DNA from: Caldivirga maquilingensis IC-167
GTDB lineage: Archaea > Thermoproteota > Thermoprotei > Thermoproteales > Thermocladiaceae
Direction: 5' to 3'
Length of the DNA stretch: 32,000 bases
Assembly (NCBI RefSeq): GCF_000018305.1
Contig: NC_009954.1
Location: 780,001-812,000 of the forward strand
Positions 1 through 8,697 of the stretch are shown here, one piece after another. The position numbers and the translations under genes were made by a program. Each line of letters starts with the position of its first letter. Within the stretch, counting starts at the first letter, position 1. A model generated the notes under the pieces. The model ran no database searches, was not told the DNA's origin, and saw only the letters and a program-made list of their open reading frames with translations.

Positions 1-130
1 CAACAACAACAAAACCAACACCCCTCCCACCCAACACACCACCAACCCTAAGCAAAGCCAATGAATAAACCCCAACACCCACAAAAACCCAAAACAAAAA
101 ACCTTAATCAACCTAACTGATTATTAACCA
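1..130. repeat. C/A-rich, strand-asymmetric low-complexity tract
   Basis: The first 120 nt of the + strand hold only 4 G and 9 T, so 107/120 are A or C. Runs include caacaacaac, cccctcccaccc and aaaaacccaaaacaaaaaacc. The complementary strand carries several G-runs. Confidence 0.8.
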
Positions 131-146
131 CCTTCTAATCATTTTT

Positions 147-308
147 CTTTCTAATCCCTTTTGGGATTTACGATTCCCTATGGAAAACTTCATGATGAGA
201 ATCCAGGAGCACTTTCTAATCCCTTTTGGGATTTACTCCTCGGTGGCTGCTGCAGTCTACCTTATTGCGAATAAGAAGGAGCACTTTCTAATCCCTTTTG
301 GGATTTAC
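147..308 (-). CRISPR. Mini CRISPR array with 3 repeats and 2 spacers
   Basis: Identical 25-nt repeats ctttctaatcccttttgggatttac lie at 147-171, 212-236 and 284-308. The reverse complement is GTAAATCCCAAAAGGGATTAGAAAG, which ends in GAAAG like crenarchaeal repeats and suggests minus-strand transcription. Spacers are 40 nt (172-211) and 47 nt (237-283). A degenerate partial repeat ccttctaatcattttt at 131-146 abuts repeat 1. Confidence 0.85.
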
Positions 309-593
309 TGATTTATTGGCTTTTTTAGGGTTTTTAAGTTTTACTCTACTGCCTGTTTTGTTTATCATTAGCACACACTATTCCACCATTCTGTGCTCTC
401 ACATCCCTGTGCTGATGATGCAATGAAGCCCCCTAATGGTTGTGCTAATTGAAAGAAATGAAGAATGACAATGAAACTGTGCCGATGACAATATATAGAA
501 TATATATTTAACTCAATGAAAGAAGATAAGAATCATAAACAAGAATAAAATTCACATACATTTGCAGGGAAATTATAAAAGGAATTGGGGAGT
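309..593 (-). promoter_or_regulatory. Putative CRISPR leader (AT-rich, non-coding)
   Basis: This ~285 nt AT-rich stretch has no ORF and sits directly upstream of the array if the array is read on the minus strand. It contains TATA-like tracts (atatatagaatatatattta at 491-510) and internal repeats. The orientation is inferred only from the repeat 3' end. Confidence 0.4.
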
Positions 594-1058
594 TTAAGGG
601 ATGGGGGATGATGTCATTTGTTCAGGTATTGTGCTGGCTTCAACTGTGGATTTCTCCACTAGCCTATACACATATACTGTGCTTGAAATGTTTCCGTAAA
701 CGCTCATTAGGGAGTTGACTAATTTATTAGATAATTCTATTGCAAGTATGGGTGATGTATCCCTTACACATGACTTAAACCTACCACTCAGTACTACATT
801 GCCTTCCTCACCCACTAGGAGTAGTCCATTGAATTCATCATTGTCTAGGCTTAATGAACCACCGTATACTTCACTTATATTACCTAAGGCAAGTCTAACA
901 GACAAGGGGGCGTTAATCATGTTGACATTATCGGCGTTAGTAATACTCCACCTCAGTATACTTGACATTACTTTACCTAACTCATCTCCCTCGCTCCTTG
1001 GTTTAACTAGTATGAATACGTCGCATCCGTTCAGGAAAACCTCCAGTTCGAAATCCAT
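594..1058 (-). CDS. Hypothetical protein (154 aa)
   Basis: The ORF has a balanced, protein-like composition, whereas the overlapping + strand ORF 715-1086 is S/L/T-rich shadow sequence. No motif was recognised. It reads toward the CRISPR leader. Confidence 0.45.
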   Translation of the reverse strand: MDFELEVFLNGCDVFILVKPRSEGDELGKVMSSILRWSITNADNVNMINAPLSVRLALGNISEVYGGSLSLDNDEFNGLLLVGEEGNVVLSGRFKSCVRDTSPILAIELSNKLVNSLMSVYGNISSTVYVYRLVEKSTVEASTIPEQMTSSPIP

Positions 1059-1190
1059 AAGGAGATGGGTTATTCACTGGAAATAAACCTTACTCAGTTT
1101 TTCACAATAATCATTATCATTCAATCATAATGCTGTATTCATATTATGAATAATGATTAAGCTAATTTCCACTAATGGTGCATTACCCAG

Positions 1191-2165
1191 TTAGCCTGAT
1201 GACTTAAGCATTAACCTTATTTCTGCGAGTAAACCAATAACCTGCGTTAAGTCATCACTCCCCCTTAGTATTGCATGATGACGCATAGCAATACTGTATA
1301 TTATCCTCGGTTTCAGGTACTCGGGTGCATTAATCTTAGAGACTGTTGAAGTGACCTCCCTATGCAGTAGCCTAATTATGTAAATTGGGTCAACACCTCT
1401 ATCCCTTATCATTGATTTAAGACCCATTATAGCCTTTCCAAAGTCACCATTCAACGCCTCATATATTAAATCCCTAACCTCCTGAGGATTAATGCCGCCG
1501 AAGAGTTGATAAACGGCGTTTTCATCCACTTTTTTGTTTGTTGTGGTTGTTGTTTGTAGTGTGTTTATTGCTTTTCTCATGTCTCCTTGGCTCACCTCCC
1601 ATATTGCCTCTAACCCATCCTCAGTTACCTCTACTCCAGTTTCCTTGGCTATTTGCCTAAGCCTCTCTATTACTGCCTCCTTTGGTAGTGGGTTGAATCT
1701 GAATATTGCGCACCTGGATTGTATTGGTTCTATTATTCCGCTTATGTAGTTGGCTAGTAGTATGAATCTTGTTGTTGATGCGTACATCTCCATAATCCTC
1801 CTTAAGGCTTGCTGGGCATCACTAGTCATGTTATCAGCCTCATCAAGGATTACTAGTTTAAACGGTACTGGGCCGGTGGGTATTGTTCTAGCGAATTCCT
1901 TAACCTTCTCCCTAATAACATCAATACCCCTCTCATCACTGGCATTAAGCTCAAGAACACTACTACGCCATGAATCACCGTAAAGCTCCCTAGCCAAAGC
2001 CAAGGCAGCAGTAGTCTTACCAACACCTGGAGGACCATAGAAGAGTAGGTGAGGCAAGTCACCACGCCTAACAAACTCCATCAAACCAACCTTAACACCC
2101 TCCTGATCAACCAAATCCACAAGCCTAACAGGCCTAAAACGCTCCACCCAAGGCTCCTCAGGCAC
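1191..2165 (-). CDS. rfcS: Replication factor C small subunit
   Basis: N-terminal WVERFRP, Walker [10 protein letters not shown], Walker [13 protein letters not shown] motif QSRCAIFRF, and a typical length of 324 aa. Confidence 0.95.
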   Translation of the reverse strand: MPEEPWVERFRPVRLVDLVDQEGVKVGLMEFVRRGDLPHLLFYGPPGVGKTTAALALARELYGDSWRSSVLELNASDERGIDVIREKVKEFARTIPTGPVPFKLVILDEADNMTSDAQQALRRIMEMYASTTRFILLANYISGIIEPIQSRCAIFRFNPLPKEAVIERLRQIAKETGVEVTEDGLEAIWEVSQGDMRKAINTLQTTTTTNKKVDENAVYQLFGGINPQEVRDLIYEALNGDFGKAIMGLKSMIRDRGVDPIYIIRLLHREVTSTVSKINAPEYLKPRIIYSIAMRHHAILRGSDDLTQVIGLLAEIRLMLKSSG

Positions 2166-2479
2166 ATTTACTAGGGATTTATTGAATTATAAACCTTCCC
2201 ATTCCAAGCACCTTATTAATCTTAAGGACAAGTAACTTACCTTCAATGATGCTTAACCTGATGGGTACCCATTTGATGGCGTTAGTATAGCTGATTAACT
2301 CAACCCACCTATGCTTAATGGATTATACTGAAGTATACCGTGCCTTGAGGCAGGTTAATTAAACAGGTTCTGGGTTAATTCTACAATGGGGTAATCGGGT
2401 TGAAGACTTAGCACATGGTCCATTACTCATTGAGTACTTGAAAATACATAAATAGGTAACCATAATTTAAACTGTAGTC

Positions 2480-3412
2480 ATGGTTATTTTAATCAGACCC
2501 CTTGGTGAGGAGAGTCTTGGCATTAGGTCGATGAGTCTTTACGTGGAGACTAGGGGCTTAAGGATATTGATTGACCCAGGGGCAAGCCTAGCCCCCTTTA
2601 GGTTTGGTTTACCACCGCATCCAAGGGAGTTTGATGCCCTTAAGGCATTTAGGGAGAGGTTAATGGACTTGGTGGATAAGGTTGATTACATATTCATATC
2701 CCATTACCATAGGGATCACTTCACCCCACCCTACAGTAGTGTTTACATGGGTACCGGTGCCAAGGATTATGAATTAATTTATGGAGGTAAGGTGGTGTTG
2801 GCTAAGGATTATGAAACCGTTAACCCAAGTCAAAGAAGGAGGGGCATTGGACTCTTCAAGGCTGTTCAAGGCTTAGTGAGTAAGTGGGTTAAGTGCGATG
2901 GGCAGGTTATTGATATTAATGGTACTAGGCTCATAATCTCTAACCCAATACCCCATGGTAAACCAGGCAGTAAAACCGGGTACGTGGTGGGCTTAGGTAT
3001 TATTGATGAGTCCGGTTCCCTCGCCTACATACCTGATGTTCAAGGCCCCCTCTCCAGGGAGGCCGTTGAGTTTGCGTTAAGCCTTAAGGCTGAAATCCTG
3101 GTAATAGGTGGTTTTCCAGTATACCTTCTTGGAAACTCCTTTAAGCAGGAGGATCTTAATGAGGCTAATAATAACTTAATCACAATATGGAACATGGCTA
3201 AGCCTAAGAAGCTAATACTTGCCCATCACTTACTTAGAATAATTAACTGGAGGAATTACATACCAAGTATTATTGAAGCGCATACCTACGCATCCATCCT
3301 TGGGTTAAACGATAACCTGCTTGAAGCCAGGAGGAGGGAATTATATGAAATTGAGGATCCAGGTAGAGGTTACGTTAATAAATTTAAAAGAAGGAGTAAT
3401 AGGGAGGAGTAG
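2480..3412 (+). CDS. Metallo-beta-lactamase fold protein (UPF0282-like)
   Basis: It has the SHYHRDH (HxHxDH) metal-binding motif. The N-terminus IRPLGEESLGIRSMSLYVETRG..ILIDPG resembles the archaeal UPF0282 MBL family. Confidence 0.75.
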   Translation: MVILIRPLGEESLGIRSMSLYVETRGLRILIDPGASLAPFRFGLPPHPREFDALKAFRERLMDLVDKVDYIFISHYHRDHFTPPYSSVYMGTGAKDYELIYGGKVVLAKDYETVNPSQRRRGIGLFKAVQGLVSKWVKCDGQVIDINGTRLIISNPIPHGKPGSKTGYVVGLGIIDESGSLAYIPDVQGPLSREAVEFALSLKAEILVIGGFPVYLLGNSFKQEDLNEANNNLITIWNMAKPKKLILAHHLLRIINWRNYIPSIIEAHTYASILGLNDNLLEARRRELYEIEDPGRGYVNKFKRRSNREE

Positions 3413-3681
3413 GTTTCACGGTGACATGCTGCTCATGTTTAAGTAAACTTCCTTATAAGCTCCCTATTAACCGTGAAAAGCCTTAACAGTTCTTTTCCAG
3501 GATTAACAATCATTAATGAGCAATAGAAGTACCCACTTACTAATAAGCTTTGGTGATTTAATTGAGAGATTTATGAATAATCTATGGTTGAATATAAGCA
3601 ATTTCCCACGTAATAATGATATATTTAATGATTAAAAGAGAGAGCATTAATCTCTTTTCTCCATGATTAATGCTCTTCATG

Positions 3682-3689
3682 TTTATTAG
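3682..3689 (+). promoter_or_regulatory. Candidate TATA box for cren7
   Basis: tttattag lies about 30 nt upstream of the ATG at 3718. Confidence 0.35.
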
Positions 3690-3717
3690 CCATTACGCTG
3701 TATACCTATTGACCGGT

Positions 3718-3903
3718 ATGGCAGTAAATGTACAGCAATACCTCAATAAGGAGTATGAAGTGGAGTGCGATGGACAGATGGTTAGGCTGAAGCCAGTTAA
3801 GGCCTGGGTGCTTCAACCAAAGGGCAGGAAGGGTGTTGTAATAGGGCTCTTCAAGTGCCCCAATGGTAAGACGTTAAGAAAGGCAATAGGCAAGATTGAG
3901 TAA
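3718..3903 (+). CDS. creN7: Chromatin protein Cren7
   Basis: [27 protein letters not shown] closely matches the Cren7 core [26 protein letters not shown]. The internal Met (MAVNVQ...) gives the expected ~61 aa. The track ORF from 3670 adds 16 hydrophobic residues that are unlikely to be translated. Confidence 0.85.
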   Translation: MAVNVQQYLNKEYEVECDGQMVRLKPVKAWVLQPKGRKGVVIGLFKCPNGKTLRKAIGKIE

Positions 3904-3960
3904 TCCTGGTTAAAATATTAAGTTAAAGGTAAAAACATTTTTATTTTTCAACCAATGAAT

Positions 3961-4620
3961 TCAACCGCATTCTGCTTTCCTAGATTCATCCTCAATTTTA
4001 ATGAATGAATCCTTAGGGTTACTTGACTCATATATAGCCCTCCCCACTATTTCAAAGTCAGCCCCATTAGCTATCGCGCAACCGGGCTTAACCCCCTGTG
4101 CACCAATGCCTGGGCTAAGTATCACATATTCATTACCTAAGTATGATCTAGCTCTCCTTATTAAATTGGGCTTATTCCCGCCAATAATAACCCCTGCGGC
4201 GTTAATCTCCTTGATAATACTGATTACCTCCTCAAAGTTGGCGTCATATAATTCACCCCCACTGGTCATGGAAACCAATACCAGTATATCTAGGTCGCTT
4301 ACATTAGGCATATTAACCTTACCTATGAATCCATGGACTATAATCCCATTAATACCCAGTTCCTTAAATTTACCTGCGATTATATTGTTTATGAAGCCTA
4401 CATCAGCTAGTTTAGCATCCATGAGGAAGTAAACATCCTTGTTATCACTTATTAATCTACGTAAACCATCAGGGCCTATTGTAAGTAACGTTACCCAACT
4501 AATCTTAACTATTTTAATTAAACCCCTTAATTCATTCATTATATCCCAATACCTCCTAGGTTCCGTTAAGTCCAGGGCCAGCACCACCCTGCTTATGCCT
4601 CTTAGGTCTCTTATTCTCAT
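3961..4620 (-). CDS. pyrF: Orotidine 5'-phosphate decarboxylase
   Basis: Motifs VVLALDL, MDAKLADVG, LSPGIGAQG and IVGRAIY, with a length of 219 aa. Confidence 0.85.
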   Translation of the reverse strand: MRIRDLRGISRVVLALDLTEPRRYWDIMNELRGLIKIVKISWVTLLTIGPDGLRRLISDNKDVYFLMDAKLADVGFINNIIAGKFKELGINGIIVHGFIGKVNMPNVSDLDILVLVSMTSGGELYDANFEEVISIIKEINAAGVIIGGNKPNLIRRARSYLGNEYVILSPGIGAQGVKPGCAIANGADFEIVGRAIYESSNPKDSFIKIEDESRKAECG

Positions 4621-4641
4621 TGCTTAATGAGGGTAGGAGGG

Positions 4642-5349
4642 TTATTTATTAGTATCATTGCCTTGGTTCACCTGCCTCCTCTTAACGCTGTTCCTTAGGT
4701 CCTCAATCAACTTAAGTAATGCCACCGCGTAACTTCTCTCAACAACTATGAATACATCATTATCGTACCTAAGCATGTGCCTTATTGTTATTCCACTTGC
4801 CCTAGCTAACTGAACCATGAATGTTACAAAACCCACAGGTGCCTTTTCCCCAAACATTATTCTAACCAATGTATACTCCAGTCTACCCACTGGATTAGTG
4901 AACTTACCTAGAACAGCGACCGGCGCAATTAATTTCACTCTCTCCCCATCAGTTAAGAGTATTGAGTAGCCTTTAAACAGTTCCATTAACTCATGTGATT
5001 CATAAAGCTTAACCGTATCCGCTAGGCTTAATTCAACTTCATCAACACCATTAAATATGACTACCTCAGCCTTCTCTAAGGCTTCCCCAATATCCCTTAT
5101 TGAAGCTGGGGTTTTCCTTGATGTTAACCTCTCTAACGCCTTAACTATGGTCATTAGGTTAACCTCCTTACCAACTATGGATTCAACAAGTGGTTTAACC
5201 TCCCTAGCTATGGCTGATAGATTGGCTATGCCGCTTGATAATGCAATTAAGTAGAGGGGATTCTCCTCTACAATTACCCTAACGGCCTGCTGGACACTAA
5301 CCATAATTAAACTGTTCTGAACTGGTAAATAAATGTAACTATATGTCAT
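4642..5349 (-). CDS. Conserved hypothetical protein, possibly an N-terminal HTH-like plus ACT-like regulatory domain
   Basis: It is a clean ORF 21 nt upstream of pyrF on the same strand. The likely true start is Met16 (ATG top at 5304), which has a TTTATTTA-like element ~25 nt upstream on the minus strand. The domain assignment is a weak impression only. Confidence 0.5.
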   Translation of the reverse strand: MTYSYIYLPVQNSLIMVSVQQAVRVIVEENPLYLIALSSGIANLSAIAREVKPLVESIVGKEVNLMTIVKALERLTSRKTPASIRDIGEALEKAEVVIFNGVDEVELSLADTVKLYESHELMELFKGYSILLTDGERVKLIAPVAVLGKFTNPVGRLEYTLVRIMFGEKAPVGFVTFMVQLARASGITIRHMLRYDNDVFIVVERSYAVALLKLIEDLRNSVKRRQVNQGNDTNK

Positions 5350-5398
5350 ATTCTTGACAAAATAGTTTTTAAATTAGAAGCCGGTTAAGCGTAAGTTT

Positions 5399-6229
5399 AT
5401 GATATACATAACACCTCTCCAATACGCTCTCTCAGTAATATCAGGAATACTAGTGGGGTTTTCACTTGGCTTAATAGGGGGAGGAGGCTCAATATTAGCC
5501 GTACCCCTCTTCCTATACCTAGTGGGCCTTGATACAATACCTAATGCAGCCCACATAGCCATAGGCACCACGGCATTGGCCGTTGGCTTAAACGCATACA
5601 TAAACTCATACATGCACCTCAGGAAACACAATGTTGCACCGAGGATTGGTGGTATATTCGCTGGTGTTGGTGTAGTGGGTGCATTAATAGGAGCATACCT
5701 AGGCCACATCACGCCAGGCACTAGGCTTCTAATATACTTCTCAATAGCCATGATAGTGCTTGGGGTGTATGTAGCCGTGAGGAGGGAATCAGCTAAGGCA
5801 GGTACTGATGATGAAGTAGATAGGGTTATTCAATCACTTAACAAATGCCCAAGGTTAACGCTAGGCACTATTATGAAGGTAGCTGGCGCCGGATTCGCAG
5901 TTGGCTTAGTGAGCGGTTACTTTGGAATAGGGGGTGGCTTCCTAATTGTGCCAGCGTTAATGTTCTCAACAGGCTTATGCATAACTAGGGCTATTGGAAC
6001 ATCACTAATAAGTGTGGGTACCTTTGGTGTAGCCAGTGGAGCGGAGTATTGGGCTTACGGTGAGGTGCTGGTGCTTATTGCCGCATTATACGTGCTTGGG
6101 GGTATTGCCGGTGGCTACGCCGGGACAAGTATAGCGGTTAAGGCACCTAAGAACACGCTTAGGGTGGCTTACGGAGTCATAATAGTGTTAGTGGGTATAT
6201 ACATGCTCTACAGGTTAGGCGTATTTTAA
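5399..6229 (+). CDS. TauE/SafE (TSUP, DUF81) family anion exporter
   Basis: It is a polytopic membrane protein with GGGGSILAVPLFLYLVG in the first half and a matching FGIGGGFLIVPAL in the second, which is the typical TSUP duplication. Confidence 0.85.
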   Translation: MIYITPLQYALSVISGILVGFSLGLIGGGGSILAVPLFLYLVGLDTIPNAAHIAIGTTALAVGLNAYINSYMHLRKHNVAPRIGGIFAGVGVVGALIGAYLGHITPGTRLLIYFSIAMIVLGVYVAVRRESAKAGTDDEVDRVIQSLNKCPRLTLGTIMKVAGAGFAVGLVSGYFGIGGGFLIVPALMFSTGLCITRAIGTSLISVGTFGVASGAEYWAYGEVLVLIAALYVLGGIAGGYAGTSIAVKAPKNTLRVAYGVIIVLVGIYMLYRLGVF

Positions 6230-6375
6230 ACTACCACTAACTTGAAGGGTAATCCCTCATAATCAGATAATGCCCATCCTCCCTCTGGTTACTCAGTGGA
6301 ATGGGATTCATTGCAATTCCATGTAGGCCACGACTATGACTAAAAAGAAAAATAAGCCTCCACTTAAGGTAGCTT

Positions 6376-7371
6376 GTGACCAAGGTATCAGTACTAGTGC
6401 CGGTTAATGCTGGTGGGTTCGTTAAGAGACTTGGCCCCATGCTTAGGTTATTTTCACTACCTTACGGTGACTTTGAAATAGAGGTCACCGGTGACGTATC
6501 ATCGATAATTGAATCCAGATCCATGAGCCTTGATGCGTTATCCGGCCTTAGGCTAGCGGTTAAGGTGCTTCACGATAATTTAAGGAAACTAGACAGTGTG
6601 GTTCATGCATTCTTCTGGTACATTAGGCCTAGTGGTAGGTTAATACTTGAGACTGATCAATCCCCAGGTCAATTCTTCACAGGATACTTAAACATGGCCC
6701 CCGTTAAAACACCGGTAAGGGCATTGTATAAGGATTCAGTATTAATCACTTGGAGTAGGTGGGCTAGGGATGGGTTATTAAGGGATGGTTTTAGTGATGA
6801 GCAGGTGAAAGTGGTGCCATTACCCTACGTTGAATCATTATTCAGGGTCAAGGCAACTAAGATTAAGGCAGTAGCCTTCGTGGGTTATGATTACTATAGG
6901 AAGGGCGGTGACTTAGCCTTAAAGACTATGGCCGTGATTAAGTCCATTGACCCCTCAGTTAAGACAATATACATTGGTCAAATACCTCATGGTGTACCAA
7001 GATTCATTGATGAGTATCACGCCTACTTACCTAGATCCAGGATCCTTAAAACGTTCGCTGAATCCATGATTGCTCTAGCGCCATCCAGGCATGAGGCGTA
7101 TGGATTAGCGGCCATGGATGCAATAGCTAATAAGGCTATTGTAGTGGCCACTGACGTTGAGGGATTGGGGGAGTTCGTTAAGGTTAATGGTGGTGTAGTG
7201 TGCCCCCTAGGTGACTTAAATTGCCTAATTGAAAACACATTAAGGTACCTGGATAGGAGGGAGCATGAAGCCAGGGCAAATCTACAGCTTCAAAGACTCA
7301 TAGAGAACCATAACCTGGGTAGAATTAGAAACATGATGAAGGAGATTTACGAGGAGGCATCAAGTAAATAA
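6376..7371 (+). CDS. Glycosyltransferase family 1/4 (GT-B)
   Basis: The C-terminal domain motif SRHEAYGLAAMDAIANKAIVVATDVEGLGEFV matches the E-x7-E type GT4 signature. The start codon is GTG. Confidence 0.75.
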   Translation: MTKVSVLVPVNAGGFVKRLGPMLRLFSLPYGDFEIEVTGDVSSIIESRSMSLDALSGLRLAVKVLHDNLRKLDSVVHAFFWYIRPSGRLILETDQSPGQFFTGYLNMAPVKTPVRALYKDSVLITWSRWARDGLLRDGFSDEQVKVVPLPYVESLFRVKATKIKAVAFVGYDYYRKGGDLALKTMAVIKSIDPSVKTIYIGQIPHGVPRFIDEYHAYLPRSRILKTFAESMIALAPSRHEAYGLAAMDAIANKAIVVATDVEGLGEFVKVNGGVVCPLGDLNCLIENTLRYLDRREHEARANLQLQRLIENHNLGRIRNMMKEIYEEASSK

Positions 7372-7583
7372 TATTTAACGGAATACATTAATGCAGTGAA
7401 TCAACGTAAGGAATTAATGGTGATTAGGAAATCCTTAACTGCATTGAAAATCACTATGTAAAGTGCTACCGCATCATTCACCTGGCTTATGAAGGATGTT
7501 GATTGGCTTAATGCTTTAGGAGAATGCATTTAAATAATAATGCACCTTAACCAAGCCACCAGTGGAAGTCAAACCAGGCTGCT

Positions 7584-8405
7584 CTAGGTTACGTATGGTT
7601 TATACCATTCATCACTTAGGCTTGGTCTATTAACACTGGATGTGCCCTCCACGAATGATCTACCATTATTAACGGCTTCACTCACCAGCCTAAGATCCAG
7701 TGGTAGGCTTGGCCCAAAGTGGGCTAACGTGTCATTGGGTACGAATAATACACGTCTATTAGCCGCAAAGTCAAGTTCCTGGGGTCTATAGGTCTTAGTC
7801 TTACCCTCGTATATTATTAGGTTGGGGTTAAGTTGATTAATCAGGTTGATTAAACCATCCTTATTAGTTAAAACCATTACGCACTTAAACCCCTTAACGT
7901 AATTCAACCCAACCCTATTAAGCGCAGAGGCTACGTAAGAAGCTTCACACGGCACCACGTAATCACCCAGTGAGAATACTGCGAGAACGCCGTCAACATT
8001 AGCCTCACGCCTCATTAAATCACGGTAAATACCTACCAGCCTCAAGGCCTCCTCATCCATATCAAGTAAACCACCAATCATCTCAAAGAAGCCTAGGGCA
8101 GTGTTTAAGTTAACTGGGGTAGGTATAGCCAATACAGGTGCCAGCGCCCTCAATTGGTTAACCAACTGCCTTTGAACAGGATATGATAGTATTATTAAGT
8201 CTGGGTTTAAGTTCTTAATCAAATCAATGTTAGCTGACGTAAATGAACCAATCCTCATAACCCTCATGGCTTCACGCGGCCTATAACTCCACACATCAAC
8301 ACCCACAACCCTATCCCCAGCCCCAAGTAGGAATAGGAACTCTGTTACAGATGGATTAAGGCTAATTACCCTACGTGGCACACCCATTAACTCACCATCA
8401 ATCAC
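7584..8405 (-). CDS. Periplasmic-binding-protein type 8 (BtuF/FhuD-like) domain protein
   Basis: RVISLNPSVTEFLFLLGAGDRVVGVD and NIDLIKNLNPDLIIL are typical of PF01497 binding proteins. No N-terminal signal peptide or TM segment is visible. The start is GTG at 8405, with an alternative ATG at 8387. Confidence 0.7.
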   Translation of the reverse strand: MIDGELMGVPRRVISLNPSVTEFLFLLGAGDRVVGVDVWSYRPREAMRVMRIGSFTSANIDLIKNLNPDLIILSYPVQRQLVNQLRALAPVLAIPTPVNLNTALGFFEMIGGLLDMDEEALRLVGIYRDLMRREANVDGVLAVFSLGDYVVPCEASYVASALNRVGLNYVKGFKCVMVLTNKDGLINLINQLNPNLIIYEGKTKTYRPQELDFAANRRVLFVPNDTLAHFGPSLPLDLRLVSEAVNNGRSFVEGTSSVNRPSLSDEWYKPYVT

Positions 8406-8697
8406 CCTCCACCACCCACTTCATCATTAAGGTAAGGGGACTTGTATTTTAACCCTTCATCCCTAAACACCAGTAATACTCATAATTATTCCTCAACTCA
8501 TGGGGGGACTCAATACTTAACACCAGTATCATAATTCATTGCACATATGACTCTCCCCTTAACCTACTTCCAATGTATCAAATAAATTATATGCGTTATC
8601 ATTTAACATTACATCACCTTTGAAAAATGATATATGGGAATAATCTATTAAACTTAATTGGGGAAAATTTAAAAATATAGCGTAATGGGTCACGTCA

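Noticed and set aside
715-1086. A 123-aa + strand ORF, plus many similar antisense track ORFs. These include 1534-1749, 1750-1983, 1853-2074, 4001-4432, 4439-4627, 5057-5254, 5374-5751, 6237-6440, 7023-7238, 10558-10791, 12586-12855 and 13219-13497. Also 14810-15004, 15086-15355, 15177-15398, 16105-16323, 16838-17065, 19369-19587, 21241-21513, 21523-21759, 22542-23000, 24203-24439, 26629-26877, 27244-27537, 29885-30133, 30323-30565 and 30795-30989.
   Set aside because: Each lies entirely within, or mostly opposite, a longer ORF that has clear family motifs or better composition. Their translations are S/L/P/T-rich shadow sequences with no motifs.
2246-2294. C/D box sRNA-like arrangement: aatgatgc ... 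ctga ... ttgatgg ... ctga
   Set aside because: The C box is imperfect (final A replaced by C) and the C to D' spacing is only 5 nt instead of ~12. The architecture therefore does not fit archaeal C/D guides.
3670-3717. A 16-codon N-terminal extension of Cren7 ([16 protein letters not shown])
   Set aside because: Cren7 is a ~60-aa soluble chromatin protein. The extension is hydrophobic and overlaps the candidate TATA box, and the internal ATG at 3718 gives the canonical length.
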